Below are positions 1-7,657 of a stretch of 64,000 nt of DNA, piece by piece. The notes below the pieces were generated by a model. It saw nothing but the letters and a program-made list of their open reading frames with translations. It made no database searches and had not been told where the DNA came from. The stretch is taken from assembly GCA_963783305.1 (NCBI GenBank), contig CAWAMW010000002.1, positions 320,001 through 384,000 of the forward strand. Direction: 5' to 3'. This DNA comes from an uncultured Gemmatimonadales bacterium (lineage in GTDB: Bacteria; Gemmatimonadota; Gemmatimonadetes; Longimicrobiales; RSA9). The translations under genes and the position numbers were made by a program. Positions within the stretch are counted from its first letter, which is position 1, and each line of letters starts with the position of its first letter.

Positions 1-235
1 AGACGATCGTCCCGCCGTCCGGCGAAACGTCCAGGTTCATCCACGTCCCCTCGTCCGTCGTGAACGAGACGGTCTTGGACGGGCCCAGCTCCATGTCTAC
101 CGTCCAGGCGGGGCGGTCGGGCGTGGTGTCGGCGGCCGTGGCGGGCGCGCCGATCTGGGCGGTGGCTGAAAAGGGAATGAAGGCGAAAACGGCGGCCGCG
201 CTGAAGGCGGCCGTCAGCAGGGATGTCCGACGCAT
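1..235 (-). CDS. 5' part of a secreted PD40/TolB-like beta-propeller protein, probably amidohydrolase family (runs off window edge)
   Basis: Hand translation MRRTSLLTAAFSAAAVFAFIPFSATAQ...FTTDEGTWMNLDVSPDGGTIV: signal peptide plus the EGTWMxLDVSPDG motif typical of propeller-amidohydrolase fusions. Not in the ORF track. Confidence 0.7.
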   Translation of the reverse strand, partial: MRRTSLLTAAFSAAAVFAFIPFSATAQIGAPATAADTTPDRPAWTVDMELGPSKTVSFTTDEGTWMNLDVSPDGGTIV

Positions 236-484
236 GTCAGGGGCTCCGTTGGGATGGGTTTGGAGCCCGAAGCCTAGGATCGAAGCGGCGCAGTTCGCAA
301 CTCCTGCACATAACGAGACCGCCTCCAGGGCCAGACCCGCGGCAGAGCTTCGGGCGCTGGCCGAATAGGCTCCCGCCTGGCGGGTTTCGAGCATGAATGC
401 CAGTCGTCCGCTTCTTGAGCAGCTGTCGTCGTCACGTAGTCGGCAAGACCGGTGTCGGACAGGACCACCGTTGAGCCCGCGCGG

Positions 485-1366
485 TCAATGGACCTCGAAC
501 ACCATCCTCAGGCTCACCCACACGCCCACCTTCTGGTCGCTCTCGTGCGCCGGTGCAAACCTCATGACCTCGCCCATCTCGATGGCGGCGCGGTCCAGCT
601 CCGCGTAGCCACTGGACCTGCCGACCCGGGCGTCCTGAACGCGCCCGGTCGCATCCACGAAGTAGTACGCGAGGACCCTCCCGCCGATGCCGGCGGTGCG
701 GAGCTCGGGTGGGTAGTCCCGCGCCATCTCGCGTGCGACCTCAGCCTGGTTGATGAGATGGGGGCGCGCCGTCACGGCGCTCCGGTCCGGTCCACCGGCC
801 GCCGCGATGCCGTCCGCGTCGTCCGGCGGCGAGTCGAGCTGCGACCGCGCCGGCGCGAAGCAGTCGAGCGAATCGATGGCGGAGCCCACTCCGTCGAGCG
901 GGAACAGGAGCCCGTGGAGCAGGCCCTGCAGGTCGCGCGTCTGGACCTCCAGGACCGAGCCTCTCCGCATGTCGGACAGTGCCGACGCGAAGGCCGCCAG
1001 CTCGTCCCCGGTCAGGTCCTCGCAGCAGGCGCGGAACGCGCCGGTGCCGAGCGGGGTGGTCCGGAAGACGAGCGGCGTCGGCTCGCCGTCGTCGACCCGG
1101 AGCCGGACCGTCAGGGGTCGTCCTCCCATGTCGAGGAAGGCATCGCCGGTCTCGAAATAGAGAATGCCTCCGGCCGCGTCGCACTGGAGCCCCACGTACG
1201 GCTGCTCGCTCCCTTCGTATCCATCACCGATCACTTCGGCCGCGGCAAAGCGGGTGCGCTCTCCGCTGGAGTCGTCGACGAGCTCCCGCACTTCCCACTG
1301 CGCGGCGAGGGGTGAGGCGGCGAGGAGAAGCGCGATCACGGGTGTGGGGATGGGCGGCAGTCGCAT
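485..1366 (-). CDS. Secreted protein with C-terminal TonB_C domain
   Basis: Signal peptide (..ASPLAAQW); C-terminal YPPELRTAGIGGRV..VDATGRV..SSG..LDRAA..FAPA matches TonB C-terminal domain. Confidence 0.8.
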   Translation of the reverse strand: MRLPPIPTPVIALLLAASPLAAQWEVRELVDDSSGERTRFAAAEVIGDGYEGSEQPYVGLQCDAAGGILYFETGDAFLDMGGRPLTVRLRVDDGEPTPLVFRTTPLGTGAFRACCEDLTGDELAAFASALSDMRRGSVLEVQTRDLQGLLHGLLFPLDGVGSAIDSLDCFAPARSQLDSPPDDADGIAAAGGPDRSAVTARPHLINQAEVAREMARDYPPELRTAGIGGRVLAYYFVDATGRVQDARVGRSSGYAELDRAAIEMGEVMRFAPAHESDQKVGVWVSLRMVFEVH

Positions 1367-1631
1367 GATTCTGGAGCGGAATGTGGAAGCGGGAGGTCGG
1401 TCGCCGGCGCGCGGCGTACCCGACCGGGCCGGAGCGGCGGGGAAGCCGCGAGAAGGGGGTTCGATCCGGCCAGGATCACCGTCAGAATGCTAGGCCGCGG
1501 GAGGCGTCCGGGCAACCTGGTCGTCTCTCCGCTGAGCAGGCGGGTTCATCGCGGGTGCCGCGGCCATGGACTTCCGCGGGGGAGGATCGCACATTGGACT
1601 CATCTCGCAGGCCCCTCACTGCACGGAAAGA

Positions 1632-3422
1632 ATGAACCCGACCCGCTCCGGCGCCCCCGCGGTCGCGGAACGCCTGCATCCTGTTGTCCGGCTCGACTAT
1701 CTCGTCCGCCTGGTCACCTACCCGGTGGCCATGCTGGTGCTGTACTCCGTCTTCCGTGGCAGCGGACGGGCCAGCCTGGAGGTTGTCGCCTTCCTGGCAT
1801 TCAGCGGGCTGGTCCTGCCGCACCTGTACTACCTGGCCGCCCGGGGCAGCCGGGACAGCAAGCAGGCCGAGCACCGCAACCTGACGATCGACGGGTTCCT
1901 CATGGGCTGCTGGGTCGCCGGAATGCACTTCAGCCTCTGGCCGAGTGTCATGATCCTGGCCGGGCCCCACACGGGGGCCTTGAGCGTGGGGGGCATCCGC
2001 CTCGCTACGCGCAACTTCGTGGCGGCCCTTGCGGGCGTCCTGGTGGTCGGCCTTTTCACTGGGCTGGAGGTGGCCTTATCCGCGGGGCCGCTGCCGACCA
2101 CGGCCAGCATTGTCGGCATCTTCATGTACATGTCGGTATTCGCCTACCATTCGCACCTGCAGACGAAGCAGACGATCCGGGGCCGCAAGCAGCTCGAGCA
2201 TAGGGCGCTGGAGATCGAGGAGACGAGCGAGGAGCTGGCGGAGGCGAAGGACGCGGCGGAAGCGGCGAACCGGTCGAAGAGCGCGTTCCTGGCGAACATG
2301 AGCCACGAGCTGCGCACGCCGCTGAACGCCGTGATCGGGCTCAGCGACATCATGATCGAGGATGCCGGGTTCGACGGCAACGACGTGATCATCCCGGACC
2401 TGGTGAAGATCAAGGGTGCGGGCGAGCACCTGCTCGAGCTGATCAACGAGGTCCTCGACCTCTCCAAGATCGAGGCGGGGAAGGTCGAGCTCTACATCGA
2501 GGAGTTCCCGGTGGCGGCGCTGCTGGAGAGCGTGGTGGGGACCGTCGGGACGGTCGCGGCGCAGAACGGCAACCGCCTGGTGGTGGAACCCCACGATGCG
2601 GGCGTGATGACGTCGGACATGGTGAAGGTGCGGCAGATGCTCCTCAACCTGCTCAGCAACGCGTGCAAGTTCACGGAGAACGGGGAGGTTCGCCTTAGTG
2701 CCCGCCGAGAGCTGTCCGCAGAGGGCGACTGGCTGGTGTTCGAGGTGGCCGATACCGGCATCGGCATGAACGCCGAGCAGCAGGCGAGGATCTTCCAGCC
2801 GTTCGCTCAGGCCGACTCCTCCACCACGCGCAAATATGGCGGAACCGGCCTCGGCCTGGTCATCAGCGCACGCTTCGCCGCGATGCTCGGCGGGTCCATC
2901 GCCATGGAGAGCGAGCCAGGCGTCGGAACGACGTTCACGATTCGCTTACCCGCCTCATCCGCGAGCGAGGAGGGACCGGATGTGGTCGCGGATGCCGGGT
3001 TCGCCATGGCCACCCGGGACCGAGTCGTACCCACGGTCGAGCGGCCCGTGCTCGTGGTGGAGAACGATGCAACGACCCGGGACATGCTCCGCAAGCTCCT
3101 CGAGCGGCAGTCGTGGCCGGTGGTCGAGGCGGTGAACGGCCGCAAGGCGCTGGAGCTGCTGGACGAGAGTCGGCCGGCCCTCGTGATCCTGGACCTGATG
3201 ATGCCCGAGATGGACGGCTTTTCCTTCCTGGAGGCCCTCCGGGGCCGGAGCAGCGACGGGAACGTCCCCGTCGTGGTGCTCACCGCCAAGGAGCTGTCCC
3301 GCGAGGAGGAAGGCCTCTTCGCCGGAGGCGTGCATGCGATCCTGGAGAAGGGCAGCTACAGCCAGGACGAGCTGCTCGACGCGGTGCGGAGCGCCCTCGG
3401 CGACCCCGTCGCCGCCCGATGA
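1632..3422 (+). CDS. Membrane hybrid histidine kinase (MASE2-like sensor, HisKA, HATPase, REC)
   Basis: N-terminal TM region with PHLYY...AEHRNLTIDGFLMGCW resembling MASE2; FLANMSHELRTPLN H-box; NLLSNACKF, DTGIG, GGTGLGL; C-terminal receiver ILDLMMP. ATG 1632 follows GGAAAG. Confidence 0.9.
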   Translation: MNPTRSGAPAVAERLHPVVRLDYLVRLVTYPVAMLVLYSVFRGSGRASLEVVAFLAFSGLVLPHLYYLAARGSRDSKQAEHRNLTIDGFLMGCWVAGMHFSLWPSVMILAGPHTGALSVGGIRLATRNFVAALAGVLVVGLFTGLEVALSAGPLPTTASIVGIFMYMSVFAYHSHLQTKQTIRGRKQLEHRALEIEETSEELAEAKDAAEAANRSKSAFLANMSHELRTPLNAVIGLSDIMIEDAGFDGNDVIIPDLVKIKGAGEHLLELINEVLDLSKIEAGKVELYIEEFPVAALLESVVGTVGTVAAQNGNRLVVEPHDAGVMTSDMVKVRQMLLNLLSNACKFTENGEVRLSARRELSAEGDWLVFEVADTGIGMNAEQQARIFQPFAQADSSTTRKYGGTGLGLVISARFAAMLGGSIAMESEPGVGTTFTIRLPASSASEEGPDVVADAGFAMATRDRVVPTVERPVLVVENDATTRDMLRKLLERQSWPVVEAVNGRKALELLDESRPALVILDLMMPEMDGFSFLEALRGRSSDGNVPVVVLTAKELSREEEGLFAGGVHAILEKGSYSQDELLDAVRSALGDPVAAR

Positions 3423-3832
3423 GCGCCGCCGGGAAGGAACCACTGAAGATCCTCATCGTCGACGAGAACGAGCTGAACCGGGAGGTCGTGGGCCGGCGGC
3501 TCCACCGCAGGGGCTTTCATCTCCTGTACGCATACGACGGGGCCGCCGCCGTCGCCGCCGCGCGATCGGATCCCCCGGCGCTCATCCTCATGGACCTCAG
3601 CATGCCGGTCATGGACGGCTGGGAAGCGACCCGACAGCTGAAGGCCGACCCGGACACCCGGGACATTCCCATCATTGCCCTCACCGCCCACGCCATGGAG
3701 GGTGACCGAAAGCGGGCCATGGAAGCCGGCTGCGACGACTTCGATACGAAGCCGGTGCAGATGGATCGGCTGCTCGAGAAGATGGCCGCTTTCCTGGGAG
3801 AGATCCCGGCTTCCGACCCGCGGCTCCGATGA
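3419..3832 (+). CDS. Single-domain response regulator (DivK/CheY-like)
   Basis: KILIVDEN, ILMDLSMPVMDGWE, IALTAHA, TKP; ATGA overlap with kinase stop. Confidence 0.9.
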   Translation: MSAAGKEPLKILIVDENELNREVVGRRLHRRGFHLLYAYDGAAAVAAARSDPPALILMDLSMPVMDGWEATRQLKADPDTRDIPIIALTAHAMEGDRKRAMEAGCDDFDTKPVQMDRLLEKMAAFLGEIPASDPRLR

Positions 3833-4251
3833 CCGACGGTCCGTCCTTCGCCGCCGCCCGCCTGGAGAACCTGCCCGAGCTCCTTTCGTTCGTGGACCGG
3901 GAATGCGCTCGCGCCGGCGTGCCGAACGACGCGGCCTTCGCCCTCCGGCTGGCTGCCGAGGAGGCCTTCGTCAACATCGTTCGACACGCCTACACCGGCA
4001 GCCCGGGGCCCGTGCGCTCGAGCCTCACCCACAGTGACCAGGGCATCACCATTACCTTCGTGGACGAAGCCCCCCCGTTCGATCCCCGCGACGCCCCGCC
4101 CCCCGACCTCGACGCGGACCTGCCGGACAGGCGTGAAGGGGGCCTGGGCCTGCATCTGATCCGTCAACTCATGGACGAGGTCCATCACCGGCACCGTCCC
4201 GGCGCCGGCAATACCCTGGAACTCGTAAAGCACCTCGGAGAAACCCAATGA
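3829..4251 (+). CDS. RsbW/SpoIIAB-like anti-sigma factor Ser kinase (HATPase_c_2)
   Basis: LAAEEAFVNIVRHAY N-box, D..PPFDP, GGLGLHLIRQLMDEV. Confidence 0.9.
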   Translation: MTDGPSFAAARLENLPELLSFVDRECARAGVPNDAAFALRLAAEEAFVNIVRHAYTGSPGPVRSSLTHSDQGITITFVDEAPPFDPRDAPPPDLDADLPDRREGGLGLHLIRQLMDEVHHRHRPGAGNTLELVKHLGETQ

Positions 4252-4598
4252 ACATCGAGACTCAGGAAAGAGGGCACGCGCTGGTGGTCGCCATCCACGG
4301 CAGCGTGGATGGCCTCACCGCGGAAACACTTCTGAACACGCTGCACGAACACGTGGAGTCGGGACACACCCGGATGGTCGCCGACCTCAGCGGGGTCGAG
4401 TACACCAGCAGCGCCGGCCTCCGCGCGCTCCTCGCTACGGTCAAGGAAGCGCGCCGCAAGGGGGGTGACCTCCGGCTCGCCGACGTGCAGCCTAACGTTC
4501 GGAAGGTCCTGGACCTGAGCGGGTTCACCAGCATCCTGAAGCTCTACGATGGCGTTGATGCCGCCGTGGACAGCTTCGACGGATCGGCCCCGGCATGA
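4248..4598 (+). CDS. STAS-domain anti-anti-sigma factor (RsbV/SpoIIAA-like)
   Basis: DLSGVEYTSSAGLRALL with conserved phosphoacceptor Ser; 116 aa. Confidence 0.9.
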   Translation: MNIETQERGHALVVAIHGSVDGLTAETLLNTLHEHVESGHTRMVADLSGVEYTSSAGLRALLATVKEARRKGGDLRLADVQPNVRKVLDLSGFTSILKLYDGVDAAVDSFDGSAPA

Positions 4599-5479
4599 TG
4601 CGCGAAGAGATCGTGAAGCCTGCCCCGGCCAAGGCGCGTAAGCGGGTGGCGCTGGTGATCGGTGCCGGGAGCGTCAAGTGCGCGGCGGCCCTCGGTCTCT
4701 GGAAGGTCCTCGATCGGGAGGGGATCGAGATCGACATGGTGGTGGGGTGCAGCGGCGGGAGCATCTACGCCGGCGTCATGAGTCTGGGCTACGATGTGGA
4801 CGAGTGCGAACGGCTGACTCGCGAGCTGTGGACGCCGGCTGTCACCAGGCGTCGCGACACCCGCTCCATGCTGCGCGCCGCGTTCCCGCGCCTCTTCGGC
4901 TTTGACGGCCACTTCGGGATGATCCATGGAGACCCGCTGCTCGAGGCTCTTCAGCGGCCTTTCGGCGGGCGCACCTTCGAGGAGGCCGCCGTCCCGCTCC
5001 ACGTGGTGGCCACGGACGTGGCGAACGGGGAGCGGGTAGTGCTGAGTGAGGGCAGTGTCCTCGACGCGATCCGCGCGAGCATCGCCATCCCGTACGTATG
5101 GGAGCCGTGGCGCGTCGGCGACCGCTGGCTTCTCGACGGCTGCCTCTCCGACCCGCTGCCCGTGGACGTCGCCATGCAGGAGGGCGCGGACATCATCCTG
5201 GCCATGGGGTTCGAGAGCCCGTACCCGAGGCGGGTCCGCTCCGCCACCCGCTACGCGTTCCAGATCAACAGCATCTACACCAACAACCTGCTTCGGGCGA
5301 ACTACTCCTTCCACAACCTGGCCCACCACACCGAGATCGTGACGGTCGTGCCCGAGTTCGAACGCCGCATAGGGCTATTCTCCACCGACGAGTTTCCCTA
5401 CGTAATCGAGCAGGGGGAGCGCGCCACGGAGGCTCACATCGACTATCTTCACCGGGCTCTCGAGGAGACGCGTGTCTGA
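4595..5479 (+). CDS. Patatin-like phospholipase family protein
   Basis: ALVIGAGSVK (glycine-rich loop variant), GCSGG nucleophile elbow, ASIAIP, LLDGC (DGG-type catalytic Asp). Confidence 0.85.
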   Translation: MMREEIVKPAPAKARKRVALVIGAGSVKCAAALGLWKVLDREGIEIDMVVGCSGGSIYAGVMSLGYDVDECERLTRELWTPAVTRRRDTRSMLRAAFPRLFGFDGHFGMIHGDPLLEALQRPFGGRTFEEAAVPLHVVATDVANGERVVLSEGSVLDAIRASIAIPYVWEPWRVGDRWLLDGCLSDPLPVDVAMQEGADIILAMGFESPYPRRVRSATRYAFQINSIYTNNLLRANYSFHNLAHHTEIVTVVPEFERRIGLFSTDEFPYVIEQGERATEAHIDYLHRALEETRV

Positions 5480-6653
5480 GGGTGCGGAAGCGAGTGAGTC
5501 CGGCCACATCCTCATCGTCGATGACAATACCGTCAACCGGGAGATGCTCGTCCGCCGGCTCACCCGGCGTGGCCACAGCACCGCAGAGGCGGTGAACGGG
5601 CGCGAGGCGCTGGAGAAGATGGGGACGGTCCCGTTCGACCTCATCCTGCTCGACATCATGATGCCGGAGATGAACGGCTACGAGGTCCTCGAGCACGTCC
5701 GCGCGGACGATGAGCTGCGCCACATCCCGATCATCCTCATCTCCGCCCTGGATGACACGGATAGCCTGATCAAGGGAATCGAAAAGGGCGCCGACGACCA
5801 CCTGCCCAAGCCCTTCAACACGCACATCCTGCACGCCCGCGTCGATGCCTGCCTGGCCAAGAAGCGGCTACGGGACCGCGAGCAGCTCTACGCCCGCGCC
5901 CTCGCCCGCGAGATGGACATCGCCCGGGAGATCCAGGCGGGGTTCCTCCCGTATGAGCTGCCCGCACCCCCGGGGTGGGAGCTGGCAGCCCGGTTCCGCC
6001 CCGCCCGTAGCGTGGCCGGCGACTTCTACGACGCGTTCGAGCTCCACGGCGGGCGCCGAATCGGAATCGTGGTGGCCGACGTCTGTGGGAAGGGCGTCGG
6101 GGCCGCACTCTTCATGGCTCTCTTCCGCACGCTGCTGCGCGCCCTCGCCGAGCGGATCCTCGTCGAGGGCGGCGATATCGATGCGGGCGTGTCCGACCTC
6201 ATGGCGGCCGTCAACGATTACATCGCCACGACCCACGACCGCGCCAACATGTTCGCTACCGTCTTCCTGGCCATGCTCGACCCCGCCACCGGAGAGCTGG
6301 TATACGCGAATGGGGGCCACGATTCCCCCTTCATCACAGGGGGTGACGGCGTGAAAGCCGTTCTGGCCCCGACCGGGCCGGCGGTGGGCATGCTCCCTGG
6401 GATGGCGTTCGCCAGCGCGCGGGCGGTGCTGGAGCCCGGCGAGATGCTCTTCGTCTTCACCGATGGCGTGATCGACGCCCGGGCCCACGACGGCGCCGCC
6501 TTCTCACAGGAACGCCTGGTGGCGCTCGTCGACCACCCCGCGCCCTCCGCCGGCGCCACTCTCGACCGGGTCGACTCCGCGATCCAGGGGCACGCCGGTG
6601 ACGCCGCGCCGTTCGATGACATCACCCTTTTCGCACTGCGTCGGGACGACTGA
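5472..6653 (+). CDS. REC-PP2C (SpoIIE/RsbU-like) serine phosphatase
   Basis: N-terminal receiver (ILIVDDN, LLDIMMP); PP2C motifs VAGDFYD, ADVCGKG, FTDG, DDIT all intact; GTG start. Confidence 0.92.
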   Translation: MSEGAEASESGHILIVDDNTVNREMLVRRLTRRGHSTAEAVNGREALEKMGTVPFDLILLDIMMPEMNGYEVLEHVRADDELRHIPIILISALDDTDSLIKGIEKGADDHLPKPFNTHILHARVDACLAKKRLRDREQLYARALAREMDIAREIQAGFLPYELPAPPGWELAARFRPARSVAGDFYDAFELHGGRRIGIVVADVCGKGVGAALFMALFRTLLRALAERILVEGGDIDAGVSDLMAAVNDYIATTHDRANMFATVFLAMLDPATGELVYANGGHDSPFITGGDGVKAVLAPTGPAVGMLPGMAFASARAVLEPGEMLFVFTDGVIDARAHDGAAFSQERLVALVDHPAPSAGATLDRVDSAIQGHAGDAAPFDDITLFALRRDD

Positions 6654-7191
6654 GCGGCGCACCCTCCCGGCGCGCACCCTCCCGGAGCGTATCGCGGAGC
6701 CGGGCGCGGGCCCGGAACAGCTGGCTCTTGGACGTCCCCTCCGCGACCCCCAGAAGCTCGCCGATGTCCGCGTGGGTCCAGCCCTCCACGTCATGCATCC
6801 AGAGGACCTGACGCATCCCCGGCGGCAGCGTGGCCACGGCGCGGTCGAGCTCGAGTCGCAGCTCCACGGGGGGCGGATCGGAGCGGTCGCGCGGACGCCA
6901 CCACGTCTCCATGAGCTCCGCCCGCCGCTGCGTGGAGCGGCCCAGTCCGGTAATGACGTTCCGAGCGATAGTGTGCAGCCAGGAGCCGAAATCCGCCTCG
7001 CCGCGGAACCGGTCGAGACCGCGGAACGCGCGGAGCCAGCTTTCCTGGCAGAGGTCGTCCACCAGGTCCGGATCGGACACCCACTGCTCCACGAGCCGGC
7101 GGACACGGCCGGAGTGCCGTTCGTAGAGCGCCAGGAAAGCCGTCTCGTCGCCGCCGCGAGCGGCGGATAGCAGGGCTGCGTCCATCGGCAT
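6622..7191 (-). CDS. ECF sigma-70 factor
   Basis: DDLCQESWLRAF, FGSWLHTIARN (region 2); WTHADIGELLGVAEGTSKSQLFRAR (region 4.2). Start moved to ATG 7191 (7185 also possible); 32-nt convergent overlap with the phosphatase. Confidence 0.88.
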   Translation of the reverse strand: MPMDAALLSAARGGDETAFLALYERHSGRVRRLVEQWVSDPDLVDDLCQESWLRAFRGLDRFRGEADFGSWLHTIARNVITGLGRSTQRRAELMETWWRPRDRSDPPPVELRLELDRAVATLPPGMRQVLWMHDVEGWTHADIGELLGVAEGTSKSQLFRARARLRDTLREGARREGAPLSRPDAVRKG

Positions 7192-7424
7192 GGCTGGGGA
7201 GAGGGTGGAGAACGTCGTCCGGTCAAGGGTCCCTACTGCTTCTGGGGCGTGCCGGTTTCGCCATCGTATGGAGGCAGCAGCCGTACCACGCGATGCGCTC
7301 GGCCGTAAACGGTTTAAGTGCAACGGGATACGGGGTAATACAGCGACACGGCGGGCGCGGACGAGTGTCCGACTGCGGGACGAGGCGGGACGACTACGGA
7401 CACAGGCGGTGGGATACCGGCCTC

Positions 7425-7520
7425 TCAGCGGTCGGAGTCGTCGTCATCCTGCATGGCGAACCAGACGATGATGATGCCGCCGATGATGAGGATGGTCCAG
7501 GCGGCCGGGTGGAGGATCAT
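7425..7520 (-). CDS. 31-aa single-TM small protein
   Basis: MILHPAAWTILIIGGIIIVWFAMQDDDDSDR*; GGAG 5 nt before ATG; mostly GC-ending codons. Below ORF-track cutoff. Confidence 0.65.
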   Translation of the reverse strand: MILHPAAWTILIIGGIIIVWFAMQDDDDSDR

Positions 7521-7657
7521 GGGGGCTCCGTTCGGGATCGTGAGAGCGACCGCCGGGCCTCGGTGCCGGGCGGGTCGAGCCCGGATGCGCGAGGGCACCG
7601 GCCGTTGGCCGATGCCCCCGCTCCATCAGGACTGCTGCATATCCTGCTGTCGTGCGG

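Noticed and set aside
4595..5479. Patatin as a CBASS/CapV anti-phage effector
   Set aside because: No CD-NTase or other defence genes nearby; the context is a signalling operon.
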